Assembly: GCA_043228905.1 (NCBI GenBank)
Contig: JBHGNT010000001.1
Location: 18,476,001-18,540,000, forward strand
Direction of reading: 5' to 3'
Source: Azolla caroliniana
Taxonomy: Eukaryota; Plantae; Polypodiophyta
Length of the DNA stretch: 64,000 bases
The notes below the pieces were generated by a model. It saw only the letters and a list, made by a program, of their open reading frames with translations. It ran no database searches and was not told the DNA's origin. Shown piece after piece: positions 38,874 to 51,700 of the stretch. Every line of letters begins with the position of its first letter. Positions within the stretch are counted from its first letter, which is position 1. A program made the position numbers and the translations under genes.

Positions 38874-38916
38874 TGTGGGTTCGAAGTGCAACGCACTTTC
38901 CCACGGGCGTGCCATG
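38874..38916 (+). promoter_or_regulatory. tRNA-3'-half-like element at the PPT position (inverse PBS)
   Basis: TGTGGGTTCGA[AGTGCAACGCACTT]TCCCACGGGCGTGCCA-TG then LTR; no purine tract; counterpart at 46563-46605. Confidence 0.75.
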
Positions 38917-39292
38917 TGTTGGCCGGTCAGAAGAAGGCAAATGGGAAAGCAAAGATGAACCGGAGTCGAAGCGGATAAATAGATAAATAGAATTATTAGG
39001 AGGGACGGATCCGGTAGTTATAACCGATCCGGATCCGAACCGATTTGGTTTCGGTTAACGGTTGCCTAAGAGCCCCGATTGTAATCTGGCCGGATGCCTA
39101 TAAAAGGATCCGATGTTTTGTAATGAAGGGACGAAGAATTAATATAGTTTTGCTTATGCTTATTGATCTTGTCTTCGTCTGTGCTTAAGTGTAAGTATCA
39201 TACGCGTGTATTAACATCCTATCCCTACCACCCCTTTGGAGAAGTGTCGGATAGACACCTGTGTTGCGGCTAGTCCAGCCATACATACAACA
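38917..39292 (+). repeat. Element D 3' LTR
   Basis: Matches 29187-29562. Confidence 0.95.
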
Positions 39293-40031
39293 GTGTTCGC
39301 CTGGGCCGACGAGGACATGAAGGGGTTAGGTCCGAAGTTCTATCAAAATAAGATTAATTTAGCAACCGACGCAAAACCGGTGCAGCAGCGTTGCTACCGC
39401 ATGAACCCAAACTACGCGGCCCGCGTAAAAGAAGAAATTGACAAACTCCTGAAGGTGGGATTCATACGGCCAGTTAAACAAGCTACATGGTTAAGCCCGA
39501 TCGTAGTCGTACCAAAGAAAAATGGCAAAATACGAGTATGCGTGGATTACCGAAAATTACACGTTGTAACCATTACGGACGCATTCCCTTTACCATTCAC
39601 AGATAACGTACTAGACGCCGTCGTAGGGCATGACATGTATAGTTTTTTAGATGGCTTTAGTGGGTACAACCAAGTACGCATGCACCCCGATGACCAAGAG
39701 AAGATGGCATTTATCACGGACTGGGGAGTCTATGTGGCAGTCGTCATGATGTTTGGGCTAAAGACGGCGTCGACAACATTTCAATGGAAAATCACGGAGA
39801 TTTTTGGGGAGTAGATGATTTTGCGGTATACGGGAGAACAACCGACCACTTTAAGCATCTGCAGGTGTGCTTGGAACGTTGCCGCACCGCACGCTTAAGC
39901 TTGAATCCCGCGAAATGTGCCTTCGGTGTTACCAGCGGGGCTCTCCTAGGCCATATAGTCAGCAACGAAGGGATAGCGGTCGATCCGAATAAAATCTCTG
40001 CGATTACTCAAGCCAAAACTCCGACAAACGT

Positions 40032-42698
40032 TGTCGTGAAGATTTTCGGCGATAGTGTGAAACTTGTAAGGAACGTACGAAATCGAGCGTGGTTCTTCTC
40101 ACGAAATATAAAACAATAATAGTAAAGATACTATTTTAAATAAGTCTAATATCTTGGAACAAAAAGATGGAGGTCTTGAGGAGCTTTTGAATGTACTTTA
40201 CTATGTAGGAAACGGACATCTAAGTGTCAAATTATGTGGGTATAAAGTTTGCAAAGAAGAAGAGAAAAATATGTGATATCCGACATAGACAGGACAAATA
40301 AAGAACTCACCATATATAAGCCAAATGCATATAACTATATGTTTTGGACGAATCCAGTGACGGCAACCGACAGTGACCGACGGTGTCCGACGACGGTGAC
40401 CGGCATCCGACATCACCCGGCGACCGCGACCGATGGAGCCGACGAGACGACGACCGAACGGAGAAATGCCTTGTAAAAATACATTAATAATAAAAAACAT
40501 GTGTGTGTGTGTGTGTGTGTGTGTGTATTCAAAAGGAGTGCAAGCGAAGACTTGATCCTTGCACCTCCACAGTGAAAGTCTATAGACTTACTACTAGGCT
40601 ATGTCATGTCTTTAGAAATGTTTTCCCTATCATTATAATTTTATATGTAAATTCTCATATTAGAGCTTAATTGAGTGAGATGTGATGCATGAGCGCCAAA
40701 TGGCAAACATGCATCACATGCATTCCATGCATTGTATGCATGTCTTGTACCCTCACATGCATCATATGCATGGGTGCGTCTATAAAAGGATGGATGAAAA
40801 GGATCAAAGGTATGTTATGTTTTGATTCAAGAATTTAAGAAGAAGAAAAATTTGTTCTCCAATTGATGATATATCTTGTGTCTCGAATCTAAAGTTACAA
40901 GTTCGATGTTATCTCTCTTACTCTAAATCTCTCTCTCGCTATCTCAATCTCTCTCCCTCAAACTATCTGTAATCCTTTCTCACTAAAGCTAGTGGGTGCT
41001 TCGAGTCCTTCCGGTCCAGAACCCCGACGGTTCCGCCTCACGATCCGCACATAGAGACAGATCTTCACGACATAGAGACGGAGCTTATGTATGGACAAAA
41101 GTCGGTAATGCCCAACCAAAGGATGATTGCCTCATGGGTAGCGATACCATGGGAGTTATTAGCGGCATGGATAAGGAAACTTGAAAGGAGATCGGAAGAT
41201 CTAGAAAAAGTGCGAAAGATGTTGGAGGCAGCCTGAGTGAAGAACAAAATTCGGTTCGACAAGACGCATCGACTACGTCCCAAGAAGATCAAAGAAGGAG
41301 ATTGGGTATTGATCTACGACAACAACCTTGAAAATCAACACAGTACAACAAGGAAGTTCGCAAGAAGATGGTTCGGACCGTATATAGTGATAAGTTCCAA
41401 TGACAATGCAACATATCACCTTGCGGAGCTAGATGGATCAAGGTTGGTCATACCCATTGCGGGGAAAAGCGTAAAGATTTTCAAGAAAAGACAAGACGAG
41501 GATCCTGACCTCGATCACATTCACGATGAAGGTAATAGGGTGGTTGTGGAAGAATCTGATTAATCACCGTCGTTGAAATCTTGCACTCTCTCTTCTTGGC
41601 ACGTACCGGAGGACGTGCGGTTTGATGGGGGTGGATGTCGTGAAGATTTTCGGCGATAGTGTGAAACTTGTAAGGAACATACGAAATCGAGCCTGGTTCT
41701 TCTCATGAAATATAAAACAATAATAGTAAAGATACTATTTTAAATAAGTTTAATATCTTGGAACAAAAAGATGGATGTCTTGAGGAGCTTCTAAATGTAC
41801 TTTACTACGTAGGAAACGAACATCTAAGTGTCAAGTTATGTGGGTATGAAGTTTGCAAAGAAGAAGAGAAAAATATGTGATATCCCACATAGACAGGACA
41901 AATAAGGAACCCACCATATATAAGGCAAATGCATATAACTATATATTTTGGACGAATCCGGTGATGGCGACCGACGATGTCTAACGACGGTATCCGATGA
42001 CTGACGGTGTCCGACAACGGCGACCAGCATCCGACATCACCCGGCGACCACGACCGATGGAGCCGACGAGACGACGACCGAACGGAGAGATGCCTTGTAA
42101 AAATACATTAATAATAAAAAACATATATGTATATGTGTGTGTGTGTGTATTCAAAAGGAGTGCAATCAAAGACTTGATCCTTGCACCTCCGCATTGAAAG
42201 CCTATAGACTTACCACTAGGCTATGTCATTTCTTTAAAAAAAAATTCCTATCATTATAGTTTTACATGTAAATTCTCATATTAGAGCTTAATTGAGTGAG
42301 ATGTGATGCATGAGCGCCAAATGGCAAACATGCATCACATGCATTCCATGCATTGTATGCATGTCTTGTACCCTCACATGCATCATATGCATGGGTGCAG
42401 TGCGTCTATAAAAGGATGGATGAAAAGGATCAAAGGTATGTTATGTTTTGATTCAAGAATTTAAGAAGAAGAAAAATTTGTTCTCCAATTGATAATATAT
42501 CTTGTGTCTCGAATCTAAAGTTACAAGTTCGATCTTATCTCTCTTGCTCTTTATCTCTCTCTCGCTATCTCAATCTCTCTCCCTCAAACTATCTTTAATC
42601 CTTTCTCGCTAAAGCTAGTGGGTGCTTCGAGTCCTTCCGGTCCAGAACCCCGGCGGTTCTGCCTCACGATCCGCACATAGAGGCGGATCTTCACGACA
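40032..42698 (+). mobile_element. Element E: internally deleted Gypsy with two ~1.05-kb LTRs and a 563-bp interior
   Basis: LTRs at 40032-41072 and 41636-42698 with 12-bp terminal IR TGTCGTGAAGAT/ATCTTCACGACA; TSD ACGT/ACGC; interior is the integrase C-terminus (RWFGPY) plus PPT GATGGGGGTGGA. Confidence 0.93.
40538..40606 (-). other. tRNA-derived cassette in the E LTR (second copy at about 42158-42228)
   Basis: Minus strand TAGCCTAGTAGTAAG...CTTTCAC...GGATCAAGTC, homologous to 26472-26540; adjacent to a (GT)n tract. Confidence 0.55.
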
Positions 42699-43843
42699 AC
42701 GCAAAATCACTCAGCTGTTGTTTAGGACAGATGTGATGGCATAGTCAGATGATACGATATTTGGCGGACTTCGCCACGCCGTTATATGCCGTCGTGCACC
42801 GGACTTCCTTCCAATGGACAACGACGGAAGAAAAGGCATATGATGCGCTAAAGGTAATGCTCATGCAAGTACCCATCGTACAGCCACTAGTTTGGGCGAA
42901 GCCATTCCATGTGTTCGTAGATACCTCGGACATAGCAATAGGAAGCGCACTAATGCAGCTCACAGAGCCGAATTGGTACCGACCGGTGTACTATGCTAGT
43001 CAGAAATTATCAATGGTCGAGCGTAACTATTCCATGACGGAACGTGAGGCGTTGGGGATGATCTATAACATCAATAAATTCCGGCCTCATTTGTTAGGGA
43101 GGAAATTCACGTTTCACGTGGATCATTCGGCACTGTTGTATTTGGTGGAGAAACAAGCGCTGACGGGGAAATTGGCGAGATGGATGTTGCTGCTTCAAGA
43201 ATTCAATTTTGTAATTCAGCACCGCCCGGGTACGCAACACGCAGTGACAGATTTTTTGAGCAGACTCGATAATGGAGAAATAGTGCAGAAGAACGACGAT
43301 AGCTTTCCGGATGCAGACATTCTGCGGGTAGCAGCACTAACAGAAAGAACGGAAAAGACCTTTCAAGACCGGTGGCTAATGGAAATGACCTACTTTTTAA
43401 CTACGGGATCGACATCGGAATGCACGGGAAAAGGATTTTGCAGTTGGTAGAGTGGTACTGGTTTTCCAAACCCGCATGGGGCATATGCCAGGAAAATTAC
43501 GATTCCGCTGGACAAGCCCGTACTGGATAGTAGGAGCGGAACAAGGCACGTTTCAACTGGGCGCGCTGGTCGGGGAAGTATTACGACAGAAAGTGAATGG
43601 GTTTCACCTTAAACCTTATCTGGGACCTATGCCACCTAACCCGTTCCCCGCCGGACATGACAAAGCCAGAGAAGCCGCGGTAGGCCACAAAAAGAAGGAA
43701 ATAGAAGGTTTTCTGCACAATAGAGAAATCAACCTCCTAACTCTCAGCACTCTCATCACTCTCCTGCCCCACCTTCTCCATCCTATCACAGAGCTCAAGC
43801 CCACCGCAACCAACAATCTTCACCCCACGAGCCTACTCTAACT

Positions 43844-46558
43844 ATGTCGATATTCATCTCTACCGCCTTGCGACGATGGCTCGTGGAGAAACGCCTGGAT
43901 GGGTACATCAGGGTCGCGGAGGCACCGCCACACCCTGATGCACTAGACATCAGAAAGCTCAACATCGACACGGTCACTAACTCATCCATCCGGAAAAAGT
44001 TGGACCTATCATCACTAGGTGAAAGGCATTTCGAAATCCCTCCTGCAGAGTCGCTGCAGAGATATTTCGGTCCATATTCGTCATCCACCAAGGCATATAG
44101 AACGAAGGAGATCCCTTTGTCCGTGAAATCACCAAGTTCCTATTAGAGGTTGGATGCGTACATGTAAATGCATATGGGATGCCCAAGCAGAAGGCAGGTA
44201 TCATCATTGATACCTTTGAAGGGTGTACGGTCGATTGGGGGGTCATCATGAGACCGGCGTTAAGGGAAGGCTTACACGCGTATCAAGGAGGCAAAAAGCT
44301 CAAGCCCATCATACAACAGTACTTGACGGTACTATTCCCACCCCGAGGCCTACCGGCATCGTAGCCCAGCAGGCCCACGCCGCTGCCTCGATCGACGAAG
44401 CAAAGGTTAGCGGAGTTAGCCACCACAGAGTGGGAGGATGAACCCCAACCCGCCCAACCAAACACGTGAACAATGTAGGAAGAGCAGGCGGCGCACACCG
44501 AGGAAGCGGCACTGGAGCCAGACGCCGAACGACGACAGGAAAGCCCCAAGCCGAAAAGGCGGAGGCTGGACAGGAAAGATTAGGCGAGGATTAGTTAAAG
44601 ATGCACTCCCGGCTGTGAAGACAACGACCGTAGGCAATAGCTCCGCAGCTACGGAGGCCAACACCACCTTCGAAATAATTCGGGAACCACAGTCGATCAT
44701 TACGGCCCAGTCACAGCGAGGGAAAGCCGTATTGACGGCGGAAAGCGAGGTGCTGTCGTGTCCGGATATCCCGGACACGACCCATGAGTTCAGTGCACTA
44801 TTACATTTCGGAACCTCTTTTGAACTCATGGAATTCTTGGCAACGCAAGAGATAAAAGTCTCACAACAAATGGCCGAGGAGCACGCGGAGCGCCAAATGA
44901 TCGAGCGTGCATTAACACAAACAACGGAAAGCGACGATGAGGACCAGTTAGCCAAAGTCGGCAGACAGAGGAACGCCAGTATACGCCGAATGGGGATGGA
45001 ACTACCCCCATTAAACGTGGCCCTTGTCGAAGTTCATAGGGAACTGGCAACGGTCAGCATGGGCGCCAAGGAGATGGCCATTAAAAATAAAAATGTGTGG
45101 AAAAAGGTTAAACTGACCCAAGCTGAGCTGCAAAAAGCCAATGAGCACATCGCAGGGTTGGAAAATAACGCGACTACGGCGTAACATGCAGCTACACCAC
45201 CAAACAACGTCGTCGAAGCCCTGAGGGAAGAGATTGAGGCTCAGACCATCATTGCCTCAAAAGCAAAATGGGTTGTACAACTAGCGGAATCAGAGATTGA
45301 CCGCCTACGCGCTGATCTTCGCTAGTCCTCAGACAGAGAAAAGGACATTTGGGCCAACGGCTGCAAGGCAGTGAAGATCCTTGAAGAGAAACTCGCAACG
45401 GAGACAGCACAGCACACCCGGACAAAAGAAGAAAACGCCCAATTACGGGAGGAAGCGAAAAAATCGAAAGCGGAAATCACGAGACTCCGGGCCTTATTAG
45501 AGAAAAAGAAAGCATGGTTCGACGAGCAGCTGGTGGGAGAACAAGAGAGACAGCATTAGCTCGAAGTTCGCCTGAACAATGAAATGGGAAGACTGGAAGA
45601 ACTACATGTGAAGGGATCCCAGCTTTGGGCAGGTATGAGGAGCACGTATGAGGAAGCGACGACAGTTAATCAGCAAGAAATTGCAAACCTCAAGAAATCT
45701 ATAGAAGAAGCACGTAACTGTTGCCAAGCCATAACAGACAACGTGCGTATCCTTCTACAAACAAATCGGGAGAGGTTTACGACACAATTAAAAACGGCGC
45801 TAGACAAAGGATGGATGGTGTGCGGCGGAATTACATATGTATCGAGTGGACTGGGAGAACCGGAGGAAAGACAACCGAGGCTTCTATAAACTCAATGAGG
45901 ACAACATTGCGGCAATATGCGAGGACCTAGCGAGGACTATCGCACGCTAGTGGACCAACATTCCGAAGAACTCACACAGATACTAGATGATTTTGGCGAA
46001 AGTCAGGAGGACCTATTTCACGAGATCACGCAAGCCGGCAGCACGTGAACAAACGAGGAATCCATCGTGACACCAAGTCCGGATACTGTCGAACAAGAGG
46101 AACCTCAGGCCATGTCACCAGAAATTACCACTACGGTGAACAGCGCGGAATGGTGAGCGGAGTCTCCCGCAATACTAGACAATGAAACCACTGCCCAAGT
46201 GGAACCCCATCTGCCAGAGCATACGCTTATGACTGACCGCATGGAGAACGTCCCAGACCAAGAGGAACCGCAAACCCACTCCCCAGAGCGTACAACAGCG
46301 GCTGACATCACGGGGGAAGTGACGGACGAAACAGAACTGCGACCTCCCGCAAGCCCGCAGACGTCGGAACTAAAACCCCTAGCCCATGAAGAGCCCACAG
46401 AACCCAGCCCACCCACACAGAATGACCTCGACACCATGAGCAGCCCTCCAGACCAAGCAAGGGAGCCACACAACGACGTGACTACGGGCCCTACGCCGTC
46501 CCCAGACACGGACACCGTAGCAGAACCAAACATTAGGGCCATTTTGGAGGAAGATTAA
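43844..46558 (+). pseudogene. Degraded extra 3' ORF of element C, homolog of 35960-38866
   Basis: RRWLVEKRLDGYIRVAEAPPH, YFGPYSSSTKAYRT, IIIDTFEGCTVDW, coiled coil, C-terminal ILEED*. Confidence 0.88.
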
Positions 46559-46605
46559 AGGGGTGGGTCCGACGTGCCATGGCACTGTCCCACAAGCGTG
46601 CCAGG

Positions 46606-47078
46606 TGTTGTCCGCCAGAATAGTAACCGACAGACAAAAGCGCAGTAGTATGGAATAGAAGAATAGTGTAACGCATGTAACGGTTCACGCGGGAAGCGTG
46701 AACGGCTAAAAGACCCTGCCTGCGTATATAAAGGGCAGAAAACCTCTGATAGAGGAGCGTGTAATTTTGAATGTAAGAGGCGTATCGTAATAGAGTTCTA
46801 TCTTCTCTGATAACTGTGTGTAGCTACGGTTAATCTACTGTGTGTCTGTAATTCTTAAGAGCGTAGGAGTAAGTAATGGGGTGTGCGCTAGCCCGTTGTC
46901 TAAGGAGCTCAGTTGTAGCCATCTCCCTTATACGCTGCTAGGATACGGGAAGTATCCCACTAAGTATTATGCACAGATGCTACCATTCGTTGTCACACAG
47001 TCACTTGGAGGTTTAGGTCAAAGGACTAACCATAGACCGTGTTCCTAATCGGTAATAGATGTGCGAATAGTCCAAACA
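46606..47078 (+). repeat. Element C 3' LTR (right end approximate)
   Basis: Starts TGTTG at the position equivalent to D; TATATAAA near 46725; ends TAGTCCAAACA, resembling the D LTR end. Confidence 0.7.
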
Positions 47079-48623
47079 AGCAAATGTCCACAAGAATGAA
47101 GAAAGTTCGCGAATTTATGGGAGGAGGATTATACGTAGCCTCTAATGGGGTGTGCAAAATAAGCACATTTGACAAAGAAGAGAAGTCTTGAATCCAAAGC
47201 TTCGAGGAAGCATTAAGAGAAGAACAAATAATGGAAGGCGATGAAAGCATCAAATGAGTTATGGAGGAAGCCTCATTTAATGACACCATTGGTGAAATAG
47301 AGAATGTCGTGAACTTGAGCCCTCATAACCAACAAATAATTCAAATAAACTCCATTGAAATGTACATTGCCATCAATGAGTATGAACGAAGTATCATGGC
47401 TGAGATGGTCGAAGTGCACACAAAATACAAAATGGTGGACAAGAAAATAAAGCCTGTTGTTATTCTGCTAACTGAGGATAGCTGGCAAAGAATGAAGGAA
47501 CTTGCATAGGATCCAATCCTAAGGGATCAGAGATGAATCAGACATAGCTTCACTAAAGAGACAAGAGAGAAGCTTTGTGTCGGGAAAGATGAATTTCTCT
47601 TGCTAGAAGAAGAAGTCACATTTCGGGAAATGCTCGAAAGACATGGGAAAGGATTTGCATTCTATCCAAACGAAATACGATGCGCAGATCCAAGGATAAT
47701 AGAACCAATGGTGATATTCACAATACCGCATGTGTCGTGGAAACTGAAACCAACACCAGTCCCAAGAGCCCACATTCCAAAATTAATCAAGCTCTTGAAA
47801 GAGAAGGTTGAGATAGGAATTATGGAACCGTTGAATTCTCCTTACTCAAATAGGTGGTTCATCATACAAAAGAAGAATGGGACCTTAAGGTTCATACAAG
47901 ATCTTCAACCGGTGAATAAGGTGACGATCCACAATGTTGGAATCGGTCCAAGTATCAATGAGTTCGCAGAAGTTCGAATGGCGAGACAAGCATACAAATG
48001 TGATACGAAGATTGAGGAAACTACTACTTGAAGCTCCAACACTACAAAAGGTCGACTATACCGAAGGAAAACCGATTTATATGATTGTTATCAATCAAGA
48101 AGAAAAAGGAAAGAATCAATATGTGATTTGCTTCAGTGCGAAAGTGTTGAGTGACAGACAAAGGAAGTATGTTGAAGTAAAGAGAGAGTTGTGGGGAATC
48201 GTATCTGTTGTGAAAGCCGACCGCGATTATCTTATTGAAACGAAGGTCATAATCGAGACAGATTGCATACCCATACTTAATATGATTTCCAATTGCGCCT
48301 CTACTGACATTTCTATGTTGCAATGGATTGCGGATATCAAGTCACTTGATCCAGAAATATGGCATGTGACAGGAAAGTATAATGTGGTGGCGAATATGTT
48401 GTCATGAGCAAGATATGACAATGAGGAAGACTTCAAATCTGATGAAGAAGATATTGGCTTGGACTTCTTCACAACTTCTTGTGCTCAAATATTGACAACT
48501 TTCAAAGAGGAAGATTATAAAGGGGAGTTCATAGAAATCAACAAATACCTAAGCTCCCTGAAGAAGGATGAATCGTGGACAAATGAAGATTTCTATCAAA
48601 TCCGGAAGAAAGCATACAAATAC
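47079..48623 (+). pseudogene. Old, AT-shifted pol remnant of the A/B/E lineage with an internal deletion
   Basis: TKYKMVDKKIKPV, PMVIFTIPHVSW, GTLRFIQDLQPVNK, KRELWGIVSVVKAD. Confidence 0.88.
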
Positions 48624-48736
48624 TGTTGTGACTAGGACCGTAGATAGACGAGAAAGATAGACTGAAAAATACAAAATAGAACACAAAATACACAATACAC
48701 AACTTTTACGAGGAAACCCTATAGCAAGGAAAACCA
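48624..48736. mobile_element. Probable end of another (Copia-like) LTR into which F inserted
   Basis: Starts TGTTG, interrupts the pol remnant; TTTTACGAGGAAACCCT...GGAAAACCA resembles the Copia LTR at about 3140-3176. Confidence 0.5.
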
Positions 48737-51700
48737 TGTTACCTGACCGGCAAAGGAGCAAAGACCAGAATGTGAAAGGGATGGTTATTCGGAATATATT
48801 TTAATTAAGTAAAGTAGATTATAAGTATGTAGTGAACGGATGGACTGGAATCGGTATGCCGATCCGGATCCGGACCGGTTCCGGTTGGCACCGTTTTGTA
48901 CGCAGCACCGGTGACCTATATAAAGGCCCGGTTACAATGTAAAACCTTAATGGAGAATTAATATAAGCTTCTTGTTTTATCTTCACGTATTGATTACCGT
49001 TCTATATTAATTGTTATATCTTACGCGTGTATTAAGTGAATGCCTTATTGCTAAGTAGCCAATTAAGTCGAATTAATCGTTGTGTCTTAAGTTATCTCGA
49101 CGTAACACCCCTTTGGTGAAGTGTCTTCCAGAGACACCCTGTGTTAGGCCATTGTCCGGCCCTAAGGATTAACACAGTTTTTGGCGACCATGATTCCTGC
49201 ACAATCGCAACGAACATCGGCGGGAATGGATGGCGTGATCAACAAACGACCCGGTTATGGAGTGAGCAAGGAGACTTGCTGAAAGAATGAGGAAGTGAGA
49301 GGCTTTCCAACAAGCGGCAGAAGAAATCAGAGCGGATCGCTCATTTTCCAAGGTGATCCGGAGAATGGCCAAGGAGTTACTTCGGTTACCACAAAACACC
49401 TACCGGACATAGGAAGCAGCCTAAGTAGCCTCCGGGAAGCAGAATCCCTTCTCTAGGCATTGGCAGCGGGGGAAGACGAATCCGAAGCATTTTCAGCATT
49501 TGAATCGGGTTCGGACGGGGAATACAACGCGCACACGAGCTACCGCAACAGTAACGACACCCCAGGCGAACCAGAGGACAAGGAGTCGGATACCTTGCCG
49601 ACACCGGAACTAGAATTGACAAGGCTAGAAACTCCGATACCAGAAGTTGACCACACGCCGGAACCAGAAGTCGAGGACGAGAGACCTCTAACACCAGAAG
49701 TCCAGGAGGAGAAGCCTCCGACACCGAAGAAGGAGCAGGAAAGAACTCTGACGGCGACAGAAGACTGGGAAAAACCTCCGACACCAAAAGAGGGCGAACG
49801 ACCACTGACACCACCAGCTCATGTACCGACACCAGACGACGATATGTCGTTCCAATATCCCAGATACCGGGATGATCCGGATGCGGAAGCCCACGTCCAT
49901 GTGTTTCAGCAGACATGGGATGCAAACCATGTGTCCCAACGCTTAAATGCAGCCAAAGAGGAACGCTCAAAACGGGCCGAGTTCGGCATGACCTTGGAGG
50001 GACCGGCCGCCAGATGGCACCAAACACAAGAACCCAGCACCATCCCCACGTTTGAAACATTAAAGACAAAAATTTTGCATTTCTTTCACAAGGAGATGGA
50101 CCAACGGGAAATAGTAGGCTTATTTTATAGTATCCGGCAGGAACCAACAGAGAACATTCAAGAGTTTGTCATCCGGTTCCAGCGGATCCACAGTCAGTTC
50201 AGTCGGACACCACCGGAGGAAGAAACAAAGGCCATATTCTTAGTAGCCCTACGGGAACCCTTACGTACGGTGTGCACCATTATTGATTTCCGCACCAGCA
50301 GCATAGATCAAGTGATCGACCGAGTTCGGGAAATGGAAACCTCAAGTTCATGGCTAACCATGGGCGCACTACCAACGGAAGAGGACCTTCGTTTCCGGCA
50401 AGCAGTTCAATGTACGACATGCCTTAATGCCGGACATTTGGCACTGGAATGCACCATGCGTTCCCAATGCTTGCTCTGCCACTCCAGAAGTCACACAATG
50501 GAATGATGTGAGTATAACTTGTTAAATCGGCAAGCACCACCGGTCCGTCAAATCGAACCACAGAGCAACCAGGAGGAAGAACAACAACACTGGCTGCGAG
50601 AGGAGCGCTACCGACCAGCACAAGATGTCCGGTACAGTGATCGAAGAGACGCTTATGACCGGTATGACAGACAGGATAGATATCGGGACTATAATGGACG
50701 GTACGAGAGATACAACCGGGATCACTCCCTTGGTTACAACCACCGAAGGGACGACTATGGCAAGTATGACGACCAACACCGTCAAGGTTACCGAAACAAA
50801 AAGAATTTCAAGAAATGTCATTTCAATAAAAACGGGGGTCATCCACGGGAACCGGAAAAGGGCGCTCCAAGCAGCCAACCGGACCAAAACCAAGCACTTA
50901 CCATAGGACCTCCACCAAGCACACACGTCGAATCCAACAACACCCGGAAGCCGTACTGCTATATTGCCGGCAAGAAGGCCTAGTAATCAATATCCGGCGA
51001 AGAGCTACGACAAGCGACCACCGGTGAACATGGTATGGTAGACGCGAAAGTCGCGGACATACAACAAGTTACTACAAGATCAAAGGGCAAAGCCACGGAG
51101 TGGGAAACTCAAGAACCCATCTGGAAGCAGGCAACTGAATGGGTGAAGAAGGCAAATGAGCGGAATGTCGCAGAGCTCGAACAACAAAAGGAGAATGCCG
51201 AAGAGCTCATCGGCCCAGGGTAGCCCGAAAACCCAACCTTGCAGGCGTTACAAGAATGCCAAATAATGCTGTCGTTAGGCCGGCTATTGCAACTAGTACC
51301 ACGCTTCACGGAAGGACTGAAGACCGAAAGGACGGCAGCTACCACACCACCGGCTCCGGCATTCTTTTCAAATCTGGAGGAAGGACCGGTAGTGGTGGAC
51401 ACAAGCAGTCCGGCAATCACAGCCATCATGAAGGGAAAGGAGCTACCGAGCACGATTATCGATGGAGGATCCGGCGTGAACGTGATCAGCCTTTGAACGT
51501 GTAACACTCTAGGAATCCATGATTGGGAACCGTGCCCATTTTGGCTTCGGATGGTGAACACAAGCTCAATACGACCGACCGGATTAATACGTGATCTGGA
51601 AGTGACCATCGAGGGTCACACATTTCGCATTTCCGTAGTAGTTCTCCAACTACAGGCTCAGGGAGCTTACCCACTATTGTTGGGACGCCCTTGGTTAAAA

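Larger units (their letters stand above)
29187..39292 (+). mobile_element. Ty3/gypsy element D, structurally complete and young, with a 3' extra ORF
   Basis: 376-bp LTRs at 29187-29562 and 38917-39292 (2 differences seen); 5-bp TSD GTGTT. Confidence 0.97.
39298..43660 (+). pseudogene. Element C pol remnant (RT, RH, integrase tail), interrupted by E; integrase core deleted near 43408
   Basis: YSFLDGFSGYNQV, FVDTSDIAIG, then a jump from TYFLTTG to VFQTRMGHMPGKLRFRW. Confidence 0.88.
26920..47078 (+). mobile_element. Ty3/gypsy element C (non-chromovirus, same family as D/F), old, 5' end not in view; hosts H, D and E
   Basis: gag-PR 26920-29186, RT 39298-40031, RH 42703-43408, integrase tail to about 43660, extra ORF, 3' LTR from 46606. 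Confidence 0.85.

Noticed and set aside
29640-38952. Long antisense ORFs in D
   Set aside because: Shadow frames of GC- and purine-biased coding sequence; not conserved in C or F as far as I can see.
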